From contig JACQOK010000349.1 in assembly GCA_016202565.1 (NCBI GenBank), positions 1-44,244 on the forward strand: 44,244 nucleotides of DNA, given 5' to 3'. The notes beneath the pieces are model-generated. The model was not told the DNA's origin. It was given only the letters and a program-made list of their open reading frames with translations, and did no database searches. Positions 19,001 to 28,600 of this stretch are shown here, one piece after another (position 1 is the first letter of the stretch; each line of letters starts with the position of its first letter). The DNA comes from Betaproteobacteria bacterium. GTDB lineage: Bacteria; Pseudomonadota; Gammaproteobacteria; Burkholderiales; SG8-41. The position numbers were made by a program, and so were the translations under genes.

Positions 19001-20771
19001 GGTCAATGCCCTGGCTCTTGCGATCCTTCTTCCAACTCCCGTCGGCGGGATAGATGACGTTCCGGATGTCGATCCCGAGGTGCGGCTCGAGAATGTCGGA
19101 GCAGCGATCGACCTCCTGTCTGAATACGTGCCACGTCTCGTAGAGATCGCAGGCCATGCCCACGTAGTGATCGCCGATGCCGGGCAACAGCAGGATTACG
19201 GGGCGCCGCGATTCGTCCGCCCGGCCGGTAAGGACCCGTTTCGAGCGTGCGTCGCCGAGGGCGGTGATGGCGTCCTTCCTGTCCTCACAGAGGAGATACC
19301 GCCGGTGTGAGAACGCCTTGCGCCCGGTCTGCAGGGTGTAGGCGATGTCACCCATGTTCACGGCATCGTTCCGGTCAAGGAACTCGCGCAAGTTGTGCGT
19401 GGCCTCGTCCAAGGCTCGTTCAGTCTTCGCCGAAAGAACCAGCAAGTGTGGCGAGCGGGCTGCGGCCGATGCCGCCGCCTGCGGCGGCGCCTCCTCGAGG
19501 ACTATGTGCGCGTTGGTCCCGCCCATGCCGGTGGACATCACGCCCGCTCGCCTGGGACCGTCGCCCACCCATTCCCGCAACCGCGCGTTGACATAGAACG
19601 GGGTGGCCGGAAAGTCGATTTCGGGATTGGCTTCGCTGAAATGGAGATTGGCCGGAAGGGTTCGGTGCTCGAGGGCGAGAACGGTCTTGATCATGCCGGC
19701 GATCGCGGCTGCGGCGTCGAGGTGGCCGATATTGGTCTTCACCGAACCAATGGCGCAGTAGCTGCAACGCTGCGTGAATGTGCGAAACGCCTTGGTCAAG
19801 GCCCTGACCTCGATCGGATCCCCGACGGGGGTTCCCGAACCGTGCGCTTCTACGTAGGTGATGCTGTCAGCTTCGACCCCGGCATTGGCCAGCGCCTCCA
19901 CGACAGCGTCGGCCTGGCTCGCGACGCTCGGCGCGGTGTAACCGGCTTTTTCGGAACCGTCGTTGTTGACGGCCGAGCCCTTGATCACGGCATGTATGGT
20001 GTCGCCGTCGGAGAGCGCGTCCGCGAGCCGCTTGAGCACAACGATGCCGCCGCCGCTGCCGAAAACGGTGCCGTTCGCCCGGGCGTCGAAAGCCCGGACG
20101 TGCCCGTCCGGAGAGACCACCCCGCCGCCGTCGTAGAAGTACCCGGCGCGGTGCGGAACGCGCACCGATACCGCCCCGGCGAGCGCCATATCGGACTCCC
20201 CGCTCAACAGGCTCTGGCGGGCCAGGTGGACCGCGACCAGGGAGGTCGAGCACGCGGTCTGAATCGTGATGCTGGGCCCCCTGAGATTGAACTTGTAGGA
20301 GATCCGGGTGCTCAGAAAATCCTTGTCGTTTCCGATGAGCGTGGGGATGTAATCCTCGGCGAGCCGGCTTACCAGCCCGACGTTCATGAAATAGGTGTTG
20401 AGAGCCGCTCCGGTAAAGACCCCAATGCGCCCCTGATAGCGCTCCGGGTCGCAGCCCGCATGTTCGAGCGCTTCATGGGCCAGCTCCAGCAGGATGCGGT
20501 GCTGCGGATCCATGGTCCTCGCCTCCATCGGCGAGTAGCCGAAAAACGCTGCATCGAACTGACCCGGCTCCTCCAGGACCGGCGCCACCTTCACGTAAGC
20601 CGGGTTGGAAAGCCAGACCGCGGGCACGCCGGATGCCACGAGCTCCTGGTCCGAGAACCTCGTGATCGACTCGACGCCTGCTGCGAGGTTGTGCCAGAAC
20701 TCGTCGAGGTTGCGCGCCCCCGGAAACCGGCCGGACATGCCAACGATCGCGATGTCGAACTCGTTGTCCAT
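16083..20771 (-). CDS. Type I PKS module KS-AT-KR-carrier
   Basis: Track ORF is trimmed to ATG 20771 (MDNEFDIAIVGMSGRFPGA), 8 nt after the upstream stop. KS motifs are TACSTS, EAHGSGT and NIGH (about 20762-19488). AT motifs are GHSMGE and HAFH, malonyl-type (about 19199-18282). KR motifs are VITGGTGGIG and YSAAN (about 17234-16647). The carrier has LGGHSL (about 16364-16137). No DH or ER motifs were seen. Confidence 0.95.
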   Translation of the reverse strand: MDNEFDIAIVGMSGRFPGARNLDEFWHNLAAGVESITRFSDQELVASGVPAVWLSNPAYVKVAPVLEEPGQFDAAFFGYSPMEARTMDPQHRILLELAHEALEHAGCDPERYQGRIGVFTGAALNTYFMNVGLVSRLAEDYIPTLIGNDKDFLSTRISYKFNLRGPSITIQTACSTSLVAVHLARQSLLSGESDMALAGAVSVRVPHRAGYFYDGGGVVSPDGHVRAFDARANGTVFGSGGGIVVLKRLADALSDGDTIHAVIKGSAVNNDGSEKAGYTAPSVASQADAVVEALANAGVEADSITYVEAHGSGTPVGDPIEVRALTKAFRTFTQRCSYCAIGSVKTNIGHLDAAAAIAGMIKTVLALEHRTLPANLHFSEANPEIDFPATPFYVNARLREWVGDGPRRAGVMSTGMGGTNAHIVLEEAPPQAAASAAARSPHLLVLSAKTERALDEATHNLREFLDRNDAVNMGDIAYTLQTGRKAFSHRRYLLCEDRKDAITALGDARSKRVLTGRADESRRPVILLLPGIGDHYVGMACDLYETWHVFRQEVDRCSDILEPHLGIDIRNVIYPADGSWKKDRKSQGIDLKKMLGRGADAPEGREAANLNRTLVAQPALFTVEYAMARLWQSLGITPDAIVGHSMGEYVAACVAGVLSLEDALRLVATRARLVNALPQGAMLAVTLPEAELLPLLPGDLSISLINGPSLCVVAGPAAAVADFEKTLNAKSILCRHVQNAHAFHSRMLDPIVEPFEKEVGKVRLNAPAIPYISNVTGTWITRSEAADPAYWALHATRTARFSDALHELWRFTNPILLEAGPGRTLAVLAMQHPDRCNGGDPLAVSSIRHDYENQSDVEFLWHAIGRLWLAGVGIHWDNAPSGGRRRRVPLPTYPFARQTHWMETTPPGADERQEHDQTSGMRGFDEWFYVPAWKREPPFGAPRRPRDDAFWLIFADRYGGGGQVKAHLDGLRLAAAFVRFGDRFAQCGDGSFELNPAGIDNYLKLFEVLAVGAAPKAINIIHLGSLIRDDREHADYSCAARQEFGFYSLLHIAQALGELNVSVPVSIGIISNRVHEVTGEERLAPEMATVLGPCGVIPKEFPNVKCFNIDLPDEQPIDSLPGEVIARIVSEFADPCRGEVVAYRGRYRWRRDFERVALPKALSSEASEHPSGLGRLRRNGVYVITGGTGGIGLSISKYLAQTCQPRIVLTKKSAFPDKSVWKQLSLTREAPQSVLRTIDALMEIEASGGQVEVQVAEVSNRAQMQSVLENALERYGAINGIIHAAGIVKAELIQSKTRATADSVLAPKVDGTMILLDLLEDVPLDFLVLFSSMTAIDTPYAHCDYSAANCFLDACTYAANARNRFHTLTINWPGWKEIGQLAELETAPGLEGWKKAALDKAIATRDGVEAFARALNSDLQQVLVSPEDLQEVLARSRAPVDPDRYLSLARTGRAMPARRGTVQEGADAPTNEVEAAVAEIWRIVLGLEQIGVHEQFSRLGGHSLLAMQIVSKVRALYEIRFSLREFFEAPTIAQLASVIQARILAEIESMTDDQAQRLVSQE

Positions 20772-20779
20772 CGCAGGTG

Positions 20780-22408
20780 CTAACGACTCGCCTCGATGAC
20801 CGGTTCGGGCAATGCCTTGCGATCGGCTTTCCCGCTCGGCGTCAGCGGGATTTCCCCGATTCTTTCGAAGCGGTTGGGGATCATGTAGTCGGGAAGGCGC
20901 CTTCGCAGGCAGCGCTTCAGATCCTCGATGTCCAAGTCCGGTTTGCACACCAGGTAGGCGATGATGAGGATGACGCTCTCCGAGTATTTCCTGACCATCG
21001 CCACGCAGTCGACGATGCCGGCGTGTTCCCGGATCGTGTTCTCGATCTCGCCCAGCTCGATCCGCAATCCGCGGATCTTGACCTGATGATCCTGGCGGCC
21101 CAGGTACTCGATGTTCCCGTCGGGCAGCCAGCGGGCGACGTCTCCCGTTCGATAGATTCTTTCGCCGGGGTTGACGGGATTGTCGGTGAACTTCTCGGCC
21201 GTCAGCGCCGGGTTGTTGAGATAGCCCCTGGCGAGGCCGACTCCGGCAATGCACAGCTCTCCGGTCTCGCCGATGCCGACCTGCCGGCCGTCCTTGATGA
21301 CGTAGAGCCGGATGTTCTGGATGGGGCGCCCGATCGGAATGCTCTCGAAATCATTGTGCGCCGGGCAGTCGAAATGGGTGACGTCGACGGTCGCCTCGGT
21401 GGGGCCGTAGAGGTTGATCAGGCGGGTCCCGGTCCGGCTGCGCAGGATGGCGTTGAACTTCTTCACGTGGCTCGGCATCAGCGTTTCGCCGCTGGCGAAT
21501 ACCTGCCGGACCGAAGCGAGCTTCTCCGGCGCCTCGCCGCGCTTGGCCTCCAGATACTCCAGGAAGACGTTGAGCATCGAAGGAACGAAGTGCATGACGG
21601 TGGTGCGATGTCTCCTGATGGTCTCGACGATGGCCGGGGGATTTCTTTCCCCGCCCGGCATCAGGAAGCAGAGCCTGGCGCCCTGCAGAGCCCACCAGAA
21701 GAGTTCCCACACCGAAACGTCGAAATAGTAGGGCGTCTTCTGCAGGATGATGTCGTTTTCATCGATGGGGTACGCCTGCTGCATCCAGTGCAGGCGGTTG
21801 ACCACGGCGCGGTGCTCGATCATCACGCCCTTCGGTTTGCCGGTCGACCCGGACGTGTAGATCACGTACGCCAGGTCGTCCGGCTTGTTCAGAATGGCGG
21901 GGTTCGCCGCCGGGCCACGGTAGATGTCCGGATCGTCGAGATCGATGGCGAGCCCTGCAAACGCATAGCGCCCGGCGGTCGCGCCGTGGACCAGCAGCAT
22001 CCTGACTCCCCCGTCCTTCAGCATGTAGTCGATGCGCTCCGGCGGATGGTCGGGCGGCACCGGGAGATAGGCGCCTCCCGCCTTCACGATGCCCAGAACG
22101 CCGATGATCATGGCGAAGGACCGCTCGACCATCAGTGCAACGACCTCGCCCGGCCCGACACCTTTCGCCCTCAGCAGATGCGCCAGCTGATTGGCCTTTT
22201 CGTTCAACTGCGCGTAAGTGAGCGACGTCACCCCGAACACTTTGTCGTGGTCGCAGAGAACCGCCGTCTGAGACGCGTGCGTAGCGACCTGCGCCTCGAT
22301 CAATTCCTGCAGCGTGACGTTATCCGGGAACGCGGCCTCGGTTCGGTTGAACCCGGCGATCCGCGCGAGATCGCTTTCATTCGCGACCGGTGTGGCGTGG
22401 GTATCCAT
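20780..22408 (-). CDS. Stand-alone adenylation enzyme with no carrier domain (code Ser-like)
   Basis: Track ORF 20780..23281 is trimmed to ATG 22408 (MDTHATPVANESDL...), 14 nt after the acyl-CoA DH stop. Motifs are LTYAQLNEKAN, YVIYTSGSTGKPKGV, FDVSVWE, NLYGPTEATVDV, GELCIAGVGLARGY, YRTGDVA and PSGKADR. The code read by eye is DVWHFSLVDK. The protein ends 15 aa after the A10 Lys. Confidence 0.9.
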   Translation of the reverse strand: MDTHATPVANESDLARIAGFNRTEAAFPDNVTLQELIEAQVATHASQTAVLCDHDKVFGVTSLTYAQLNEKANQLAHLLRAKGVGPGEVVALMVERSFAMIIGVLGIVKAGGAYLPVPPDHPPERIDYMLKDGGVRMLLVHGATAGRYAFAGLAIDLDDPDIYRGPAANPAILNKPDDLAYVIYTSGSTGKPKGVMIEHRAVVNRLHWMQQAYPIDENDIILQKTPYYFDVSVWELFWWALQGARLCFLMPGGERNPPAIVETIRRHRTTVMHFVPSMLNVFLEYLEAKRGEAPEKLASVRQVFASGETLMPSHVKKFNAILRSRTGTRLINLYGPTEATVDVTHFDCPAHNDFESIPIGRPIQNIRLYVIKDGRQVGIGETGELCIAGVGLARGYLNNPALTAEKFTDNPVNPGERIYRTGDVARWLPDGNIEYLGRQDHQVKIRGLRIELGEIENTIREHAGIVDCVAMVRKYSESVILIIAYLVCKPDLDIEDLKRCLRRRLPDYMIPNRFERIGEIPLTPSGKADRKALPEPVIEASR

Positions 22409-22422
22409 GGGGTCGGTGTCGG

Positions 22423-23577
22423 TTACTTTCCGGGCCCGCCGGCTCGAGCGACGAACATCTTCCCCAGAATGTCCTCGTGGACCTGGGTCGTGCCCTCGAT
22501 GATCTCCATGATCTTGGCGTCCCGGTAATAGCGGGAAACCGGGGAGGAGCCGTGACAGCCTGCGGCACCTCTGATCTGAACGGCATCGGAGGCCGCCCGC
22601 ACGGCGGCTTTTGACGTGAAGTACTTGGCCGTCAAGGTCCTTTCGAACGCTTCGGGGAGGTGATCGTCCTCGGCGCGGCAGGCGTTGTGGCACAAGAGAC
22701 TTCCCGCTTCCAGGTCGGTACCCATCCTGGCGATCAACGATCGGATCATGCCGAGGTCGCCCACGGTGCCGCCGCCGATCCTCCGCGCGGCCGCGTAGGC
22801 GATGCTTTCTTCGAAGCACCCGCGCAGGAGTCCCAATGCAGACCAGGCGGTGCTGATCCGCCCATACTGCAGGCCCACGGGAGCGACGTGCGACAAGGCA
22901 AAGCCCGGCTTGCCGATGAGGTTCTCCGACGGAACTTCCACATCCTCGAAGTGCAACTGGGCCAGACCGGCCGCGCGGAACCCCATCAGGTCGCAGATGG
23001 GCTCGACGCCAAGACCGGGAGCGTTCCGGGGCACCAGGCAGGCCGCCGGACGCCGCTCGAGCCTGCCAAACACGAGAAACAGGTCCGCGAACTGGGCGCA
23101 GCTGATCCACTTCTTGTGACCGTTGAGAAGAAGGCTTTCGCCGCCGGAAGTCCGGGTGAATTCCGTGGTCAGAGACTGCAGGTCGCTCCCTGCTCCCGGC
23201 TCCGTCAGCCCGAACGCCCCGATCATCTTTCCGGTGGCGAGCGGAGGCAGCCAGCTGCGCTTCTGCTCGGCCGTGCCCCACTTGAGCAGGGCCATGGAAA
23301 CCATGGACTGGACCGTAAGCACGCCGGTCAGTGCCGAAGATCCTCTCCCGAGGGCTTCATTCAGCAGACCGAACGTGACGGCGTCGGATCCCTGGCCGCC
23401 ATAATCCGCCGGCAGGCTGCAGCCGAGGTAACCGCGCTGCGCCAGGCTGGAGATCACGGACCGGGGAATTTCCTGCTCGCGATCCCACTGCTCCGCAAAG
23501 GGCTCGACGTTGAGCTTCACGAAGGACTTGAATTCCTCGTGCCTGCTCGCTTGCGAGTCGGTCAGCAGCCGCCGCAT
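22423..23577 (-). CDS. Acyl-CoA/acyl-ACP dehydrogenase family flavoprotein (FkbI/ZmaI-like context)
   Basis: Motifs are FGLTEPGAGSDL, the ACAD middle and C-terminal pattern, YRDAKIMEIIEGTTQV (catalytic Glu region) and a C-terminal 4-helix region. Confidence 0.9.
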   Translation of the reverse strand: MRRLLTDSQASRHEEFKSFVKLNVEPFAEQWDREQEIPRSVISSLAQRGYLGCSLPADYGGQGSDAVTFGLLNEALGRGSSALTGVLTVQSMVSMALLKWGTAEQKRSWLPPLATGKMIGAFGLTEPGAGSDLQSLTTEFTRTSGGESLLLNGHKKWISCAQFADLFLVFGRLERRPAACLVPRNAPGLGVEPICDLMGFRAAGLAQLHFEDVEVPSENLIGKPGFALSHVAPVGLQYGRISTAWSALGLLRGCFEESIAYAAARRIGGGTVGDLGMIRSLIARMGTDLEAGSLLCHNACRAEDDHLPEAFERTLTAKYFTSKAAVRAASDAVQIRGAAGCHGSSPVSRYYRDAKIMEIIEGTTQVHEDILGKMFVARAGGPGK

Positions 23578-23598
23578 GAGAGCCGTCCGATCCTCGAC

Positions 23599-23862
23599 TC
23601 AAGCGGCCGAGTGGCCGTTTTTTCTCAGGACGAAGGCCGCCGTCGCGTTGAGCGACTTGAAATTCTCCATGTCGAGGTCGTCCATTCCCACTTCGATGCC
23701 GAAAGCTTTCTCGATGAACGTCATCAACTGGACGGCGAACAGGGAATTGACGATGCCCGATCCGAAGAGATCGTCGTCGTCATCCAGCTTCGCGATGGCG
23801 ATCGAGCCCAGTATGAAAGCCCTGACCGTATCCTTGATACCGCTTGCCTGTTCGGGACTCAT
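23599..23862 (-). CDS. Free-standing acyl carrier protein (87 aa)
   Basis: This is the C-terminal 87 codons of track ORF 23599..24888, starting MSPEQASGIKDTV. The candidate Ppant serine lies in LFGSGIVNSLFAVQLMTFIEK. Its ATG (23862-23860) overlaps the TGA of the upstream dehydrogenase (ATGA). Confidence 0.8.
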   Translation of the reverse strand: MSPEQASGIKDTVRAFILGSIAIAKLDDDDDLFGSGIVNSLFAVQLMTFIEKAFGIEVGMDDLDMENFKSLNATAAFVLRKNGHSAA

Positions 23863-24800
23863 GCGCTTCTCCGCTTCGTTGCATCGGCCCGCGCCGCTTC
23901 GGGCGCGGGATTTATCGCCCTTGCCGCAGCCTCCCCGCCTCTTTCCTCGGGATACACATGGAATCCTCTTCCGGTTTTCCGTCCCAGATGGCCGGCATGC
24001 ACGAACTTTCTCAACAGGGGACAGCAGCGGTACTTCGGGTCGTGGAAGCTCTCGTAGAGAACGTCGAGAGAGCGCATCACCGTGTCGAGCCCGATCAGGT
24101 CCGCCGTCTCCAGCGGCCCCATCTTGTGCCCGAAGCATTTCTTGAAGATGAGGTCGATCTTCTCCGCCGTCGCCACGCCGTCCTGCAGGGCGAACGCGGC
24201 CTCGTTCATGAACAGGTGCGAGATCCGGTTCGATACGAAGCCCGGCAGGTCCTCGACGATGATGGCCTCCTTGTTGAGGCGAGAAAGCAGCTGCAGCAAG
24301 CTGTCGACAGCGCGGTCCGAGGTATGGAATCCGCGGATCACTTCGACCGTCGGCTTCAAATGGACCGGGTTCATGAAGTGCACTCCGACCACGTTGGCCG
24401 CGCGCTTGGTGGCGCTCGCTATCTGCGTGATGGAAATACACGAGGTATTGGCGCCGAAACAGACTTCGGGAGGCACAGCTTTCTCCAGCTTCTGGTAGAC
24501 GCCCTTCTTGATGTCCCAATCCTCGGTTACGTTCTCGATGATCAAATCGCAGGAGGAAACGTCCTTCAGTTCCGTCGTCAAAACCAGGCGCCTCGCGGCA
24601 TCTTCCCTGGTCACAGCAGGCAGGGTTTTCGAGAGCAAGGGACCAAAGCGGACGTTCTTCAGAACCTCCTCTTCCGCCTTTCTCAATATTTCCTCCGACA
24701 GGTCGACCACCACCGCGTCGATCCCATGCAGAACCAGATCCGTGATCACCCCGGTCCCGATGTTGCCCGCTCCCACGACCCCGACGCGCGCTGGTCTCAT
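23859..24800 (-). CDS. 3-hydroxyacyl-CoA dehydrogenase family protein (FkbK/ZmaG-like context)
   Basis: The Rossmann motif is VGVVGAGNIGTG. Other motifs are HFMNPVHLKPTVEVIRG and GFVSNR, with a C-terminal helical domain. The preferred start is ATG 24800 (MRPARVGVVGAG), preceded by GAAGGAAGGGAG. The track start at 24836 is the alternative. Confidence 0.9.
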   Translation of the reverse strand: MRPARVGVVGAGNIGTGVITDLVLHGIDAVVVDLSEEILRKAEEEVLKNVRFGPLLSKTLPAVTREDAARRLVLTTELKDVSSCDLIIENVTEDWDIKKGVYQKLEKAVPPEVCFGANTSCISITQIASATKRAANVVGVHFMNPVHLKPTVEVIRGFHTSDRAVDSLLQLLSRLNKEAIIVEDLPGFVSNRISHLFMNEAAFALQDGVATAEKIDLIFKKCFGHKMGPLETADLIGLDTVMRSLDVLYESFHDPKYRCCPLLRKFVHAGHLGRKTGRGFHVYPEERGGEAAARAINPAPEAARADATKRRSA

Positions 24801-24817
24801 TTCGCCGCTCCCTTCCT

Positions 24818-25678
24818 TCAACCTCTTCTGAACCACAACATGCCCATCTTCGCGGTCTCCGCGACCTGCTTCTCCAGCCTGAATCCATGCCGCCGCAAGT
24901 CTTCCTCTATTTCCCGTTCCTTGCCGTCATGGTATTCGATGATGATCCGGCCTATTATCGAGAAGGTGGGCGCGCTGATGCCCGCCAGGATGTCGTACTC
25001 CGATCCCTCGCAGTCCATTTTCAGCAGATCGATACGAGAGATGCTTTCCCTGCTGACAATATCGTTCAAAGAGATGGTAACTACCGATTCACGCTCGTCG
25101 TTGTCCGCATTTCCGTAGGCGATGCGATTCTGTGGACTGGCGGCTTTCGGGATCGTGACGACTTCGTTCGATCTGGAGGTGACGGCGTGGTGGTAGGGAA
25201 CGATTGTGTCCTGAAGATTGTTCCTTCTTATGTTTTCCAGGATGCAGCCACAGGCTTCGCGGTTCGGTTCGAACGCATACACTTTTTTCGCGCCGCTGAA
25301 GGCCGCATAGAGCGAAAACAGTCCGATATTCGCTCCGATGTCGACCACCACCGTATCGGGGTCTACCGGGTAGACCCTGTCGCAAAACACCTGGAACAAA
25401 ACGACCAGGTCGAGCTGATGGCCGGAAAGAATCAATTCCCCGCCTTTCTTGAGACGAATGCGTTTCTCCGGCGGCGACGTGTGATTCAAATAGTGGCGTA
25501 TGAGCGGACCCGGCCTTTTGAATACGGGCCATGCTCTAGCGACAAGCGGCGCATTTCTGAGGACTTTTGGCAGAAGCGCCCGCGCTCTGGCAGGCAACAA
25601 TGCCTTGGCGATCCTGCGAGCAAACTCGATTGCATCGAAGTTTCCTGCGCTGACGCCGATTTTGCTGGGGGTTTCCAT
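24818..25678 (-). CDS. FkbM-family methyltransferase
   Basis: Motifs are VVDIGANIGLFSLYAA, VYAFEP and IDLLKMDCEGSEYDIL. The start is taken as METPSK (25678), 1 nt after the loader stop. ATG 25690 is an alternative. Confidence 0.85.
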   Translation of the reverse strand: METPSKIGVSAGNFDAIEFARRIAKALLPARARALLPKVLRNAPLVARAWPVFKRPGPLIRHYLNHTSPPEKRIRLKKGGELILSGHQLDLVVLFQVFCDRVYPVDPDTVVVDIGANIGLFSLYAAFSGAKKVYAFEPNREACGCILENIRRNNLQDTIVPYHHAVTSRSNEVVTIPKAASPQNRIAYGNADNDERESVVTISLNDIVSRESISRIDLLKMDCEGSEYDILAGISAPTFSIIGRIIIEYHDGKEREIEEDLRRHGFRLEKQVAETAKMGMLWFRRG

Positions 25679-25679
25679 G

Positions 25680-28600
25680 TCACGAAGCATGCTGCCGCAT
25701 TGCGTTATTGCGTCTGCGCTGACCCCGCAGGGCGGCCACTGCGGTCTCGGTGCCGGCGTGGGCATCCGCGGAGGCCGCGCCGAGTTTCGCGGCGAGCAGC
25801 CTCACCGTCGGGCACTCGAACAGGCTGACGATGGAGAGGGTTTGCTTCAGCTCCTTCTTGATCGTGGCAATCAGCTGGACCGCACGGAGCGAGGTTCCGC
25901 CCGCTTCGAAGAAATTGTCGTTGAGCCCGATTCGCGGACGGCCCAGGATCGTTCTCCAGATGTTGAGCAGTGCGGTTTCCAACGCGGTGCCCGACACCAC
26001 GTCCTGCCCCGCGCCGGGAAGTTCCTTTTCGAGCCGCCATTCCTCGATGGCTCGCGTAAGCCCCTCGATGGTGCACAGACGTTCCGCGAGCGTCTGCAGA
26101 CGCTCGGATAGAGCGGCGGCCCCGAAGCGCGACACGTGCGGCCGGGTGTCCGGCTCGGCGGCGGCAGGAGCCTCGCCGCCGCCGCCCCGCGCGGCCTCGT
26201 CGGGGGCGTATTCGACACCCGCCGCGCGTTCCGCCGCAACGATCCACGATCCGGCCGTTTCGTCCAGATCCTGCTCGCCGATGCTCTTGATGAATTCCCT
26301 GACCGGCGCGTTCTTCTCCGTGCGCCGATAGGCGAGCTCCACGTAACGCTTGTTTTCCCTGAGCGCACGCTGGCCAAGCTGGGACAGGATCGCGTGTTCC
26401 ACGCCTTTACCCAGCACCCGGCAGCTCAGTAGAAAGGTGTCCACCCGGTAGCGGTCGGCCCGGGTCTCGTAGAGCACGACGCCGACCAGCCCATAGTCGC
26501 CGAACCGGTCGGCCACGCAAACCGCCAGACCGGTCGTGTGTTCGCGCTTCAGGAAGTCTCCGATCTCCTTCTCCGAGCGCCGGACCGTCGTGAAGTTGAA
26601 TTGATTCGTCCTGAACGTCAGCTGCGAGACACGACCGAGCTGGTCCTCCGCCGCCTCCGCAATGTCGATGCGAAGCTCGAGTTCTTCGATGAACGCCTTC
26701 AAGGAACAGTTCTTCTCGCGGAACCGCTGCCGCTGCGCGTTCTCCTGATACATCCGGGTGCGCTTGCGATCTTCTTCGGTCGCATCCGAGTGGTCGAACG
26801 CCCACACGTGGTCCAGAAACGCCGGGAACGACTCGCTGTCACGCGGCAATTGCAGCGCCAGAACGCCCGGGCAGTTGATCCTGACATCCGCGCAATCGAC
26901 CGGGTTGTCGTCGATGAAGATGAAGCTGTCCAACCCGAGACCAAGCTCCGCCGCCAGCGATTTGACGTTGTCCGACTTGCTGTTCCAGTTGATGCGCCAC
27001 GAAACCAGGTGCTCGCGCTTCAGCACCATGTCGGACCGCTGGTCGAAGACTTCCAGCACATCGTCTTCGTTATTCTTGCTGCACAGGCACAGGAGCATGC
27101 CGGCGTTCATTTGCCCGATCATGAACTCCTGCAGCTTGCGATACGCCGCGCTGACTTCGACCCCGAGCGCACCGTCCTCCCCGCATACGCCCTTCCACAG
27201 CGTGTTGTCGCAGTCGAGCACGATCACCTTGAACGGTTTTCTCCTCAGGCTGAAGAGGGTCCGGAACAGCGCCGTCCCGATCGCGGCATAACACTCCGTG
27301 CTGTAGGGAATACGGCCCAGGCGATGACTATGCGGATCGTAGTAGTCCCTGACCGGATAGCGCTGCAGCGGCAAGGCCGAACCGATGGCGCGGACATTCG
27401 GCAGGGCGCCCGCCTCCGCCAGCAAGATCCGCTCGGCGTCGCTCAGCGCCGCCTTCAGATCGGCGTCGGCATCCACAGACGGAGTCGTCGGACAGACGCA
27501 CAGGATGAGCGGCGCGGTGGCCTGCTTCATGAACGCCGCGAGTGCGGTGCAGAAGTCCCGGACGTTTCGCTGCAGTCCGCCGGCGGCGCGGCGAGCTTGA
27601 CCCAGTCCGGCATGACCCAGTCCGGTATCGACGGCCGCCCCGTTCCGGGTTGCATACAGGTTGAACAATCCTGAATGCTCGAGCAATCGCTCGCGCTCGA
27701 CGGCGCAGCGGTAGCCCTTCGCCGCGAGCAGGCCTTCGATCCGCTTGACTGCCTCCCCGGCAGGATCGTGAATTTCCATTGCGATCTGGGCGATTTTCGG
27801 CCAGTCGCGCTCATCGATCCCGTTGATGATATCCAGCTCGCTCTTTTCCGCATCGATCTTGAGGAGATCGATCCTGTCGATCCGGTTCTCGCGGATGATC
27901 TCCGACACGGACGTCATGCGGCACTCGTGGGTGGTGCGGCGGAGCCGGTCGGCGGTCAACTCGGCAACATATTGCTCCACCGATTCCCCGTCAACCGATG
28001 TCTCGCTGTTCAGAGTGTTCCGCACGACCGCCTGAATGGCTTCGCGGTCCCTGGTTTCATCCGCGTAGAACCCCGAGAACACCGAAGACTTCTCATAGAA
28101 GGTCAAGGTCGCCGATTTGGACCGGTCCGACACGCCGACGTTTGCGGCCCGGACATTTGCTCCGTAGGCCTCGCAGTTGACCCTCAAGAGATCGTAAGCG
28201 GCCGGCGCGGGCTCGAAGGCGTAGATTTTCGGGTCCTTGCAGCGGCTCGTCACAAACAGGGAAAAAAGCCCGATGTTCGCCCCGATGTCCAGCACGGTGG
28301 CGCCGTCGTGCAGGCGGATGCCGTGCCTCAGGTAGCACTGATCCTCAAAGATTTCCCGGTAGAGATAGTCCGTTTCGTAGTGGTTCAAATGGGCGATTTC
28401 GAGTCCGTTGGGCAGAACATGTCTCGACCGGCCGCCGAAACATTGGTCCGCCCTTTCCCGGGTGAGCGTCATGCCCGCGTGCCGATCCGCCGCGGCCCAC
28501 TCCTCCAGGGCGAGCAGAATGACGTTGACTCCGTCGCGATTCCTGCGCAACGCGCTTTCGCCATCCAGCAGCTGCTGGAAGATCTGGTCGAAGGGGGCGA

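Noticed and set aside
20772-21254. The ORF track shows long N-terminal extensions on several genes: 138-311, 12066-12845, 12803-13234, 20772-21254, 22409-23281, 23863-24888, 34067-34180, 37040-37087 and 39912-40064.
   Set aside because: The extensions are low-complexity Arg-rich sequence that runs through the upstream gene in another frame. Internal ATGs give canonical family N-termini and tight or ATGA junctions with the upstream stop.
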